The position numbers and the translations under genes were made by a program. A stretch of DNA of 20,000 nucleotides from an uncultured virus (IMG/VR IMGVR_UViG_3300023184_009054). Lineage: Duplodnaviria > Heunggongvirae > Uroviricota > Caudoviricetes. Positions within the stretch are counted from its first letter, which is position 1. Each line of letters begins with the position of its first letter. The DNA is taken from the IMG/VR virus record IMGVR_UViG_3300023184_009054. One strand, given 5' to 3'. This document shows, piece by piece, positions 7,834 through 16,959 of this stretch. A model generated the notes under the pieces. The model was not told the DNA's origin. It worked only from the letters and a program-made list of their open reading frames with translations, and made no database searches.

Positions 7834-8960
7834 TTTTTACCCCACCAATAATTTAACTTCTTCATATTTCCCTCTACAACAGGTTTGTTGTCTACCATAC
7901 CTACTATAGTTTCAAAATTTTTATTTATAATTTCATTTATAGATTGTTCACAATATAAAATGCCAGTTTCTTCGTTTTCTGATAAATTTTGGAAGTTGGC
8001 AATTACTATTTTCTTTTTATCATAATCGGTTGTTAGAACAATTCTCATTCCTTCTTGGCCATTTCCGACAAGCTGATCTGCACTCTCGAATAATATCCAT
8101 GGGGTTTTCACCATGGATGCCAAACGAGTAGAGGCTGTATAAAATTGTATTGTAAAAATGCACTGAGAAATAATAGCAAGCGTTAATTCCAAATCTCTTG
8201 ATTCATCACGAGTAGTAAAATCAAGAATTGTTGGATCTGGACACTTGTGAACGCTTTGCTTTTCTCCCATCCAAATTGGGTTATATCCCATTCTTCTCAA
8301 TAAATTTATAAGCTTTACATAAAAATTAATTGACAAATTTCTGCCGTATCTAGTTCTATTTCTTGCGAATATAGCAACTGTATTTTCCTTCAACAATGAC
8401 TTAGCATAATTTTTCTTTTCTTGTGTAGGGTCTGGGATTTTCCATAATCTCTTCTTACTTCCTTCCAAATCCCCAAAAAGTGGCCTCACAAGATTACTAC
8501 TTTTGCACTTATCACAAACTGTATTTATATGTTCCTTTGTAGAAAAAAAACTATTGCATGAGACACAATAATATTCAACGCATAACCTAGACATCATCCC
8601 CGCACAAACGACTTTTCCTTGTTGTCCAAGCTTTATTTCTAGGTTTGATAAATTTCTACTCTCGGTTCTAAAAGCATCTGCATATTCTCTCAACCATTGA
8701 TATTCTTCTTTTAATTCCCAATATTCATCAGCAATTTTACTGTATAAAAAAGATCTTCCGTACCAACCAACAACTATCACATAACAATCAGGATTGCGAT
8801 GTATTATTTGAGGAATGCAATATGTTATTCCTATAGTCTCTACGCCAAATTCATAAAATGCTGGTATGAATATTATTTTTCTGTTGTCGTTTGGTTTTTT
8901 TCTATTGTTAAAATTATGAACATGAAATGTGAGTTCATCTATTTTTTTCTCTGGGAGCAT
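7830..8960 (-). CDS. GT-B fold glycosyltransferase-like protein (GT9-like) with inserted CxxC..CxxC
   Basis: FLYSKIADEYW; FYVKLINLLRRMGYNPIWMGE; LAIISQCIFTIQFYTASTRLASMVKTPWILF; CVSC...CDKC. Start uncertain: the frame is open to 9077 but overlaps the Zn-ribbon gene there. Confidence 0.6.
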   Translation of the reverse strand: MLPEKKIDELTFHVHNFNNRKKPNDNRKIIFIPAFYEFGVETIGITYCIPQIIHRNPDCYVIVVGWYGRSFLYSKIADEYWELKEEYQWLREYADAFRTESRNLSNLEIKLGQQGKVVCAGMMSRLCVEYYCVSCNSFFSTKEHINTVCDKCKSSNLVRPLFGDLEGSKKRLWKIPDPTQEKKNYAKSLLKENTVAIFARNRTRYGRNLSINFYVKLINLLRRMGYNPIWMGEKQSVHKCPDPTILDFTTRDESRDLELTLAIISQCIFTIQFYTASTRLASMVKTPWILFESADQLVGNGQEGMRIVLTTDYDKKKIVIANFQNLSENEETGILYCEQSINEIINKNFETIVGMVDNKPVVEGNMKKLNYWWGKN

Positions 8961-8998
8961 TTTACTTCTGCTTCCAGTCGCATAAGCATAAGGCTTAA

Positions 8999-9181
8999 CT
9001 AAGATAAGTTTCTTATTGGCATTTGTTTTGCAGTGTAACCGCATTTTGGACATCTGAATTTCCTGAACTGTTTGCATTTAGCACATGATTTATATTCAAA
9101 TAAATCCTTAGTGTCGTCAGGATTTACTACAACTCTTGACCAACTACATTTGACACATTTTACTATATTTGTATTAGCCAT
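8999..9181 (-). CDS. Small zinc-ribbon protein
   Basis: Three CxxC pairs (CVKC, CAKC, CPKC) in 60 aa; start overlaps the upstream stop. Confidence 0.75.
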   Translation of the reverse strand: MANTNIVKCVKCSWSRVVVNPDDTKDLFEYKSCAKCKQFRKFRCPKCGYTAKQMPIRNLS

Positions 9182-9575
9182 AGATCAACTTATTATACTT
9201 TAGCCATTCTGAAAATTTAATGTCTTTTCCATTTTGTTTAAAAATAATTTCAATTGTATAATCAAAACCATTCTTATCAACTATCAACAACATAGGAGAT
9301 TCTATGCTGTTTAATAGATTTATAATTTTGTTTTTTGAATCTGATTTTATTTTATAATTTAAATGGCCATCTATACAAACTGATTCACCTTTCGACAAAA
9401 ATGTAACTTCGTATCTATCGGTAGAAATTATTTTAATTTGTTTTATAATATGCATCGTTTTAGGATGCATATTATTTTTGTCTTGATGCGAAAATTGATT
9501 TCTAATAAATAAAAATGAAAAAATAAATAAAATAAACAAAAATACAAAACAAAGTGTTATGTTTTTCTTAGTCAT
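9174..9575 (-). CDS. Hypothetical protein with N-terminal membrane anchor
   Basis: Hydrophobic segment ITLCFVFLFILFIFSFLFI; 8-nt overlaps with both neighbours. Confidence 0.75.
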   Translation of the reverse strand: MTKKNITLCFVFLFILFIFSFLFIRNQFSHQDKNNMHPKTMHIIKQIKIISTDRYEVTFLSKGESVCIDGHLNYKIKSDSKNKIINLLNSIESPMLLIVDKNGFDYTIEIIFKQNGKDIKFSEWLKYNKLIYG

Positions 9576-10146
9576 TTTTTTTTAATTTTTTTCCATCACT
9601 CAATTTATTTCCATTTAACATATCACTTAATTTATCAATTTCATTTGTGATATTTTCAATTGACTTTTCAATTTTACTTACATTTTTACCAAAAGCCTCA
9701 TCCCCCAACATCTTGTCTTGAAGATCATGAAGTTGTTTTTTCAATTTATCCAAAGAATCAAGTTCTTTTCCAGAACTGAAATTGTTAACTGGCTTCAACT
9801 CGGTATCTTTGCCGATTGAATCTGGATAAACAGGGTTTTGAGCATTAGCTGATTTTTTTACATTATCTTTTATTTTTTTTTTTGAGGGATTATTCTCTTC
9901 GTTTAAAACCCTTTGATTTCTAGGATCAAAATGATCATTCATGGTTCTCATGACATCATTCCATTGACCCATATCATCTTGATTAATCTCAGTGTCAAAA
10001 ACATTTGGCATTTGGCCAAAGAAATTAACTTGTTTGCTGTCTCTTTCAGAAGCAGCTTGAGCATCAGACTTCCCAAAAATATTTTGAGCTTGAGCTTTAT
10101 CCCATATTTTGGTTAACCTAGCTAGATCGTCACGCATATCAGACAT
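9568..10146 (-). CDS. Hypothetical protein with C-terminal coiled coil
   Basis: ATG at 10146 has GGAG upstream and overlaps the end of the small upstream ORF; heptad pattern in the C-terminal third. Confidence 0.75.
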   Translation of the reverse strand: MSDMRDDLARLTKIWDKAQAQNIFGKSDAQAASERDSKQVNFFGQMPNVFDTEINQDDMGQWNDVMRTMNDHFDPRNQRVLNEENNPSKKKIKDNVKKSANAQNPVYPDSIGKDTELKPVNNFSSGKELDSLDKLKKQLHDLQDKMLGDEAFGKNVSKIEKSIENITNEIDKLSDMLNGNKLSDGKKLKKND

Positions 10147-10270
10147 TTTTATTTTCTCCATTAGTTTGACCAAATAATTTCTGTACTAAATTTTTTACCC
10201 ATATTGGTTGTGGTAAAAAGTTCCAGCCTATAATTAGGCCAGCAACAAAAAATAAAGCATATATCAACAT
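10139..10270 (-). CDS. Small membrane protein (43 aa), below the ORF-track cutoff
   Basis: MLIYALFFVAGLIIGWNFLPQPIWVKNLVQKLFGQTNGENKNV*; GAGGAAGG upstream; overlaps the next start by 8 nt. Confidence 0.75.
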   Translation of the reverse strand: MLIYALFFVAGLIIGWNFLPQPIWVKNLVQKLFGQTNGENKNV

Positions 10271-10353
10271 TAAAAATACCTTCCTCTTATTTCACTTATA
10301 TATCTAGTTTTTTTCAAGTAATTCTGATAAAATAAAGAAATAAGGAGAAAAAT

Positions 10354-11313
10354 ATGCCTCATCCATACATGGCTTTTAGTATTGAAGAATGTGAAAGATT
10401 AAGTTTACTTCCCCAAAAAAACACTTTAATCATGGCGACATCACAAAGTTCCATGGATATATTTATGCTTTCTGTTTTTAGCATACTCCTAAGAAGCAAC
10501 CCAAAAAAACTCGAACATCTAATGGTATGCATAAACGGAGCAGACAAAAGATGTGGAGACCCAACACTTCAAGATATAAAACAAAATTTCTTAGAAGAAT
10601 TGAGAAATATGAAATGGAACGGAAGGGATATGCCACTTACTGTAATTCGTGCTTGGAGTCGTGTTGGACACTCTCACTCTCTAGAAATGGCAATCCCTTG
10701 GGTTCATACTGAATTTTATACAATTATCCATGATGATGTAATTATCTTGCGTAAAGAATGGTGCGAAGAAGCAATTGAAAATTTAAATGATCCAAAAGCT
10801 GCGATCTGCTATTTTCCACCTTTACTAAATGGTGGAGTTTTAAAAAAAATACACAACAACAAATGGTTCTTAGACCTCCCTCATCTAAATAGTACATTTA
10901 TAGTTTGTAGAAAATCTTCTTTAGCCAAAATCGGAGCAAGATGGATCGGATATCATTTTGAACATGAATTTAATCTTTATGATCGTGTAAATATCAAAAA
11001 ATTCTTAGATCATCATTACGAATTGAATAATATCGAAAGCTTTCCGGTAATTGAAAAGCCATATTCTGGGATTGGTATGGATGTTGGAGCTTGGGTTTAT
11101 AACAATCTATTAGAGAATAAATATGAATTTATTCCAATGAAAAAAAATACAGCCATCCATCTTGTGGGCATGAGTTGGCATGATGACGATACAAAAGAAA
11201 AAACACTGACAATAAACAAAGATGAAATCAATTCGATTTACGAAGAGATAAAGAAAAACGAAAATTATATTTCACTTTTCGAGAAATACAAAAATGCCAA
11301 ATCCAATACTTAA
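10354..11313 (+). CDS. GT-A fold (GT2-like) glycosyltransferase
   Basis: GHSHSLEMAIPWVHTEFYTIIHDDVII (DxD-equivalent), late DVG motif, IHLVGMSW; SD AAGGAG. Confidence 0.75.
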   Translation: MPHPYMAFSIEECERLSLLPQKNTLIMATSQSSMDIFMLSVFSILLRSNPKKLEHLMVCINGADKRCGDPTLQDIKQNFLEELRNMKWNGRDMPLTVIRAWSRVGHSHSLEMAIPWVHTEFYTIIHDDVIILRKEWCEEAIENLNDPKAAICYFPPLLNGGVLKKIHNNKWFLDLPHLNSTFIVCRKSSLAKIGARWIGYHFEHEFNLYDRVNIKKFLDHHYELNNIESFPVIEKPYSGIGMDVGAWVYNNLLENKYEFIPMKKNTAIHLVGMSWHDDDTKEKTLTINKDEINSIYEEIKKNENYISLFEKYKNAKSNT

Positions 11314-12103
11314 CATAATTACCGCTGTAAGTCGTGAATTGAATATTTATTTAATTGACCACGAACTTAGAAAAATAAAGAATTTAGATGTAAGATGGTA
11401 TCTTATATACGATGGAATTTCAATGACATCAATTAAAATACCAGAAGATATAAAATATTATCATGCAGAAATCTCTAATCCAATAAAAAGAGATTCTAGT
11501 GGTGCTGTGCAAAAAAATATAGCATTATCCAAAATAACAGAAGGATGGATTTATGTATTGGATGATGATAATTCTATACATCCAAATTTCGAAAAAGAAT
11601 TTTTAAATGCTATAAAAAAATACCCCAATAAAAAAGCCTTTGTTTTTTCACAAGTGAATTATAAAAATAAAATTATGATCAGCAGCAAAGCGGTAAGAGA
11701 AACAACAACAAAAATGCCATTTGAAAATTGGGCAGTTGATGCTGGTGGCTATGTGATTCATTACGATCTTGTGAAAAAAACAAATGCAAGATATCTTGAA
11801 TTTAAACATGAATCAGACAGATACTTTTGGAAATATATAATAGAAAATTGCCTTAATGAAATAGAGTTCATTGACAAACCATGTTTTTTGTACAACGCCT
11901 TAAGATACGAAAGACACAAGGAAGGACACATGAGTCACAATCCATATAGCCAAGAAGAACAAAGAGCTTTTTTGCATGTAAAAAAAAATAGAATAAATTA
12001 CAAATTTAAAATAACGAAAAATATTATAAAAACAATTAAAATAAGAATAAAAAATATGATTAAAAAAAGGATCGAAAATTCTATAAAACAAATTAAGATT
12101 TAA
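11294..12103 (+). CDS. GT-A fold (GT2-like) glycosyltransferase
   Basis: LNIITAVSR, W.LIYDG, QKNIALSKI.EGWIYVLDDDN, ESDRYFW. Confidence 0.82.
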   Translation: MPNPILNIITAVSRELNIYLIDHELRKIKNLDVRWYLIYDGISMTSIKIPEDIKYYHAEISNPIKRDSSGAVQKNIALSKITEGWIYVLDDDNSIHPNFEKEFLNAIKKYPNKKAFVFSQVNYKNKIMISSKAVRETTTKMPFENWAVDAGGYVIHYDLVKKTNARYLEFKHESDRYFWKYIIENCLNEIEFIDKPCFLYNALRYERHKEGHMSHNPYSQEEQRAFLHVKKNRINYKFKITKNIIKTIKIRIKNMIKKRIENSIKQIKI

Positions 12104-12671
12104 CAATTTTTTTTATCTCTGGCACAAGTAATTGGTTTAGAATAAGATCATCAGATTCTTGTAATAAGCCAAATTGTTTATACCAACCTCTTTTCTTGCC
12201 AGTATAAACAGTATTTCCATTTAAAAAGTAATCGATAGCTGCTTTGCTTTTAAGGGCATAAGAATCACTAAATAAAGCTTCTTTAAAATTGTTTAGGCTA
12301 ATGTCGAAAGAGCATGATGATCTCATTAAAATCGTAAATAACGACCTTCTCATGGCGTAACGCAACCACCACTTGGAAGGCTTAACATATAAAATGGATT
12401 TTTTTTGCGTTGGCCCAAATGTCGTTCTTTTATCGAGATTAAGTTTCTCTTCGATTTTATCAAAAAAAACTGAGATTGATTTATTTCTTGCTACGGGATG
12501 AGAATAAAAAAATATCTTGGCATTGTGCATCTGATTGTGCCATATCTCACGACAATTATACCAAGTCGCCACAACATATCTTCCATTATTATATGATCTT
12601 GGCTTACCAAAAGATCCAATAGCTGGCTGATATATGGAATCTACATAAATCATATCACCAAAATTATTCAT
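12093..12671 (-). CDS. Hypothetical protein
   Basis: ATG at 12671 overlaps the upstream stop; aromatic/basic-rich; 3' end overlaps the convergent GT gene by 11 nt. Confidence 0.75.
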   Translation of the reverse strand: MNNFGDMIYVDSIYQPAIGSFGKPRSYNNGRYVVATWYNCREIWHNQMHNAKIFFYSHPVARNKSISVFFDKIEEKLNLDKRTTFGPTQKKSILYVKPSKWWLRYAMRRSLFTILMRSSCSFDISLNNFKEALFSDSYALKSKAAIDYFLNGNTVYTGKKRGWYKQFGLLQESDDLILNQLLVPEIKKIVKS

Positions 12672-13140
12672 TTTGCTTTTTCTCATCAAGACTATCTACA
12701 ACCTTTGTGGTCATTTTGCATCTGTTTTTATCAGCATCTAAAAATTCGTCTAAATTTTTAACACTTATAAGCGACCAATGCGGATCATCCAATGGAACAT
12801 GTTCTTTTTTTGTGTAATAAAATGATTCCATTGTATACCTATAAACTTTATTCTCAACTTCTTCATCAGTCATACCGCCAATTAAATCTTCACAAACTTC
12901 TTTGCAAATTTTAATCGCATCTTGGTCTGTCGCACATCCCAACTTTCTCATGACTTGAACAGCAGCAACAGCTTTATCTTTTTGCAAAAGGTCTATAATA
13001 TTTTTTTTCATCATACCATCAATGAAATCTGCTTTGGCCATAAAACGAGCCATAATTTGACCTCTCTTTGGAGCAAATCTCCTCACATCAAAAAAATACT
13101 GCTCAAAGTTTTTTTCATCAATAATCAATTCTTCAGACAT
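12664..13140 (-). CDS. Hypothetical protein (158 aa), coupled to the polymerase gene
   Basis: 8-nt overlap with the dnaE 3' end; GAGGA upstream. Confidence 0.8.
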   Translation of the reverse strand: MSEELIIDEKNFEQYFFDVRRFAPKRGQIMARFMAKADFIDGMMKKNIIDLLQKDKAVAAVQVMRKLGCATDQDAIKICKEVCEDLIGGMTDEEVENKVYRYTMESFYYTKKEHVPLDDPHWSLISVKNLDEFLDADKNRCKMTTKVVDSLDEKKQNE

Positions 13141-15874
13141 TTTTTTCCTCTTTTTCGTAATTTGAAAACTGTTCTAAAATTTCTTCTTCAGATAAATATT
13201 TATCTTTTTCAACCTCAGCAGATTTCATCAGATATACCCTACAATCAGTTTCCTTCGTTGGAAACTTATATACCCATCTTTGGTTAGGCAATTTTTTATT
13301 TTGCTCTAATGTATATGTTGGAAATCCTTTATCTGGTGCCTGTAATCTCAATCTAACTAAGTTACCTTTTTTTAATTCTGAATCCCATCTTTTAAAATCA
13401 TCTTCCCAAATGTTTATTTTATTTTTTTCCCCCAGAGCATCTTCTACCTCTAATTGACAATAAGTCGTTCCTTTTTTACTTTTACACATTTTTCTAACAA
13501 CTATTTCTACTTCAACTGGACAAATACAACCGATGTTTTCTTTGAATGCTTCAAATGTGTATCCTTTGAAATCCTTACTCTTTTCCAAATTATGAGTCCA
13601 AGCAAATCCATAATATTTTATTTCACAAGCTACAATACTTTTAAGTTCCTTTTTAAAAATTCGATCAATTTCATAATCATTAGGATTAAATGTTTCGATA
13701 GTAGGTAATGATAATTTTTTAGAATCTTCAAGTCTTTCAATGCTTTTTAAATTTCTAACCCAAAGCTTTTTTAGTTCCTTTAACCTATTAAACACTTTGT
13801 TCGTCTTTGTGATTTTATAATATCTTGTTTTTTGAACTTCAATAAAATCTTCAGTTCCTTCAATTGAAACATAATTGATTTCCAATTTAGGTTCGCCCTC
13901 ACCCTTTTCGCACTCGAATTTTCTTTCTGATTCTACCATTTCATTTACATCATATTTTTTCCACTCATCACCATCAAATGGATTAGCTCCATGAAAACTA
14001 TTCAACAATCTTATATCGTCAGGAAAAAGCTCTTTAAATTCTTCTTCGTATTGCGACATACTAACAGCAAATCTTTTCTTTTTATCTTCTATCTTTCTCG
14101 CACATTCTTTATAGTGTTCGTAAAATTTCCACAATGTGATTGGATCAGATTCATTAAAACACCTCAATCCAATCAAGCATTTTATAACACTAGCATCTGT
14201 ACCAAACTTAAAAAGAAAATCTCCAAATCCATTATATGGTTGACCAGAAACAATTTTTTCCGCTGGTGCTTCTCCAACACCCTTTATATTTGACAGGCCA
14301 TAATAAATAACATCATCTATAAGCTCAAAATTTTTCTTAGACTTATTGATGTCAATCTTGTGCATCTCTATGTTGTGTCTTTTTGCTTCCATTTTATAGT
14401 CTTTAATCTTTTCGCTTAATGTTTCACAACTTAAAACAGCAGCATAAAACTCGTGAGGGTAATGAGCCTTTAAATATAATAGACGAGAAGATACATAAGT
14501 ATAAGCTACGGAATGACTTAAGTTAAATCCATATTCCGCAAATGATTTTATCTGGTCAAATAAATTGATTGCCTCTTTTTCAGATATGTTAAGATTTTTT
14601 TGACCTTTCTCTATGAACATAATTTCATATTTCTTAAAGGCCTCCGCTTTCTTTTTTGAAATAGCCTTTCTAACAATTTCACAATCTCTGAATGGTATTT
14701 CTCCAACAACATTCAAAATTTTCATAATTTGTTCTTGGAAAACCATAACTCCATAAGTTTTTCCAAGAATAGGTTCAACAAGAGGATGCAAACTATATTC
14801 TTCGTTGCCCTTCTTCCTCTCAATATATCTTTCATGCATTTTCATGTTCAAAGGGCCAGGCCTATAAAGAGCAGTGTATGCAACCAAATCCTCAAATGAA
14901 TCAACTCCACCAGACCTAACTAATTTTCTAATACCTTCTGAATCAAACTGAAAAATACATTTTAAATCACCTTCGTTTGCCATCTCTAAGGCTTTAGAAT
15001 CATTACGCCATTTGATGATATCTGTCCAATCAGATTGGTTTGGCATGGCACAAATACTATCAATTGACTTTCTTCTTTTTACCAATTCACAACATTTACT
15101 GATTTGCATTAAATTAGAAATTACAAGTAAATCAAACTTGACCAATCCTACTGGTTGTAAATCTTGACCATTAAGGCCTTCTACCCATGCAGATGCTTGT
15201 GGATTGTCTTTTCTCTTAACCAATGGAACAAGATCATGCAATGGAATCGAGCTTATGATCAAACCACCAGCATGTTGCCCCATACCTCTATTTCTATTTA
15301 TAAGTCTTTTGGCTGCGTTTGATACATCTGGATACTTTTCACAATAATCTTTCAATTTTGGATATTGCGATAGTGCTACATCCCAAGTCAATGGCTTTCC
15401 CTCATCATCTTTTGCTTCAAGCTCTTTTGTAAGCTCAAGTATTTCTCCTCTTGCCTCTCCATGAACCCTAGCCATATCAATCAAAGCACTCTTCATGCCA
15501 AATGTTGTGTAATTGCCGATATTGCAAACATATTCCTTGCCAAATGTTTCAGAAGCCCACTTGTTTTTCAAATAATCTCTAACTTCAGAAAGGTAATCGA
15601 CATCAATATCTGGCATATCTCCTTGAACAAACTTGGGATCTTTGTTGATGTCAAAATCATCCACTATGCCCAAAATATAGGGAACTAAAATATTATTTTC
15701 ATTCTTGGGGAATTTTTTCTTTTCTTTAAATAAATTCAAAAAATATTCTGACTTTCCTTGAATCTCAATTTCTTTGATTTCCCACTCAAGTCTTTTTTTA
15801 TGCTTTTCACATAATTGTTTTCTTTCAAAAATATACCACAAAAGCTGTTCGATTTTTTGAACTGTCGTTAACAT
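13133..15874 (-). CDS. dnaE: DNA polymerase III alpha subunit-like (family C), lacking PHP domain
   Basis: MPDIDVD, GQHAGGLII, GLVKFDLL, IFQFDSEG, ALYRPGP, TYGVMVFQEQIM, FAEYGFNLSHSVAY, YLKAHYPHEFYAA, GLSNIKGVG, C-terminal OB-like region. ATG at 15874 has AAGGTG upstream. Confidence 0.95.
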   Translation of the reverse strand: MLTTVQKIEQLLWYIFERKQLCEKHKKRLEWEIKEIEIQGKSEYFLNLFKEKKKFPKNENNILVPYILGIVDDFDINKDPKFVQGDMPDIDVDYLSEVRDYLKNKWASETFGKEYVCNIGNYTTFGMKSALIDMARVHGEARGEILELTKELEAKDDEGKPLTWDVALSQYPKLKDYCEKYPDVSNAAKRLINRNRGMGQHAGGLIISSIPLHDLVPLVKRKDNPQASAWVEGLNGQDLQPVGLVKFDLLVISNLMQISKCCELVKRRKSIDSICAMPNQSDWTDIIKWRNDSKALEMANEGDLKCIFQFDSEGIRKLVRSGGVDSFEDLVAYTALYRPGPLNMKMHERYIERKKGNEEYSLHPLVEPILGKTYGVMVFQEQIMKILNVVGEIPFRDCEIVRKAISKKKAEAFKKYEIMFIEKGQKNLNISEKEAINLFDQIKSFAEYGFNLSHSVAYTYVSSRLLYLKAHYPHEFYAAVLSCETLSEKIKDYKMEAKRHNIEMHKIDINKSKKNFELIDDVIYYGLSNIKGVGEAPAEKIVSGQPYNGFGDFLFKFGTDASVIKCLIGLRCFNESDPITLWKFYEHYKECARKIEDKKKRFAVSMSQYEEEFKELFPDDIRLLNSFHGANPFDGDEWKKYDVNEMVESERKFECEKGEGEPKLEINYVSIEGTEDFIEVQKTRYYKITKTNKVFNRLKELKKLWVRNLKSIERLEDSKKLSLPTIETFNPNDYEIDRIFKKELKSIVACEIKYYGFAWTHNLEKSKDFKGYTFEAFKENIGCICPVEVEIVVRKMCKSKKGTTYCQLEVEDALGEKNKINIWEDDFKRWDSELKKGNLVRLRLQAPDKGFPTYTLEQNKKLPNQRWVYKFPTKETDCRVYLMKSAEVEKDKYLSEEEILEQFSNYEKEEKNV

Positions 15875-15899
15875 ATTGATCACCTTAAAATGAAAAGTT

Positions 15900-15908
15900 A
15901 TTATATCA
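15900..15908 (-). promoter_or_regulatory. Extended -10 promoter element TGaTATAAT upstream of dnaE
   Basis: Perfect TGnTATAAT on the minus strand, 25 nt before the ATG at 15874. Confidence 0.65.
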
Positions 15909-15945
15909 CAATGCACTATATATAACACAACGCAAAAGGAGAAAA

Positions 15946-16317
15946 ATGAACAACGAAATTGAAGAAATATTAAAATTGTCTGGTCTATTTGTCGAACAAA
16001 AAACTGAAATTACTTTAGATGAGTTTGCTAAAAAAAGACATGATGGTGCAGAAAAAATAGCCAACAATGCCAAGGAAAAAGGTGGCATAGCACTTCTTAC
16101 ATATAGCCACTTTATTGTAAAACTTCCATACTACAAGGAAGCTTCAAAAGGAAAATTTGATTTTAAAAAAGTAAAAAAAGAATATGAAAGCTTATGTTCT
16201 GAGTTACATTCTTATATGAATAAAATTGAAAATATTGATCCGACAAAATTTCAAAAGCTTGTCGGGAAAATTGAAGTCTTAGGCGAATTGCTAATTAGAT
16301 ACAAAGACACAAAATAA
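15946..16317 (+). CDS. Hypothetical protein (123 aa)
   Basis: SD AAGGAG; divergent from dnaE. Confidence 0.8.
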   Translation: MNNEIEEILKLSGLFVEQKTEITLDEFAKKRHDGAEKIANNAKEKGGIALLTYSHFIVKLPYYKEASKGKFDFKKVKKEYESLCSELHSYMNKIENIDPTKFQKLVGKIEVLGELLIRYKDTK

Positions 16318-16350
16318 AAAATGGAATATCAAATTTAATTGATATTCCAT
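16311..16350 (-). terminator. Intrinsic terminator between convergent genes
   Basis: Perfect 12-bp stem ATGGAATATCAA-atttaa-TTGATATTCCAT (16321-16350), followed on the minus strand by TTTTTATTTT. Confidence 0.8.
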
Positions 16351-16376
16351 CTAACTTCAACCTAATTAAAAACTAT

Positions 16377-16886
16377 CTATTTGGAAATTGGCTTAGAAGG
16401 CTTTTCTTCAGTTGGCTTTTCTTCAGTTGGCTTTTCTTCAGTTGGCTTAGTTGGATTAACACTTGGAATTTTATCCAACATTAACTTCTTGTTTACATTT
16501 GTACCAGAGCCAACAGGACAAGAAATATCTTCACAAGCACGATGGTATCCGTCTTCGTAAGAAGTCAATCTTACATATTCAACTTGATCCATACCACGAT
16601 AATAACCGCTATGCCAAATCGCAGAAATATCATTGCTTTCTGGCTTAATATTATTCACAACACTAATAATGCCTTCAATCTTTCCTTGATTTTTAGCAAG
16701 CTCCATATTTTCATTTTTCACACTGTTGACATGACCATAAAGAATTTCATTAAATCCACTTTGTGTTAACGAATCTTTTTGTATCAACAAATCTTGAATG
16801 CTTTTCATGTTATCAATTCTGTATATTTGATAACCATTTGTAAGAACAGAACATGCTAAAATAGCATAAACAACATAATTAATCAT
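16377..16886 (-). CDS. Hypothetical protein with N-terminal hydrophobic anchor, GxxxG-type helical motifs and PTEEK repeats
   Basis: YVVYAILACSVL; WHSGYYRG and YEDGYHRA; SD AAGGAG. Confidence 0.8.
   Translation of the reverse strand: MINYVVYAILACSVLTNGYQIYRIDNMKSIQDLLIQKDSLTQSGFNEILYGHVNSVKNENMELAKNQGKIEGIISVVNNIKPESNDISAIWHSGYYRGMDQVEYVRLTSYEDGYHRACEDISCPVGSGTNVNKKLMLDKIPSVNPTKPTEEKPTEEKPTEEKPSKPISK
16399..16443 (-). repeat. 15-nt coding tandem repeat x3 (PTEEK)
   Basis: GGCTTTTCTTCAGTT three times exactly on the + strand. Confidence 0.92.
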
Positions 16887-16922
16887 AATAACTCCTTGAC
16901 CATATTTTAAAACTTGAACAAC

Positions 16923-16959
16923 AAGATATTAGACTAACAAATATCTTTGAAAAAATCAA
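16923..16959 (-). promoter_or_regulatory. Sigma70-like promoter TTGATT-N17-TAGTCT overlapped by an 8-bp inverted repeat
   Basis: Extended -10 TGtTAGTCT; AAGATATT-N9-AATATCTT (16923-16947) brackets the -10 box. Confidence 0.5.

Noticed and set aside
8961..9077. N-terminal extension of the GT9-like ORF to 9077
   Set aside because: It overlaps the zinc-ribbon gene by 79 nt in another frame. A later start is more parsimonious, though not proven.
13133..15928. Intein or split intein in dnaE; TTG start at 15928
   Set aside because: No intein terminal motifs (C/S start block, HN followed by C/S/T) or LAGLIDADG blocks were recognised. The 15928 start lies upstream of the predicted promoter and lacks an SD, so 15874 is preferred.
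16377..16886. FliH/Yae1-like call from GxxxG motifs
   Set aside because: Only two or three short motifs and no other supporting similarity; left as hypothetical.
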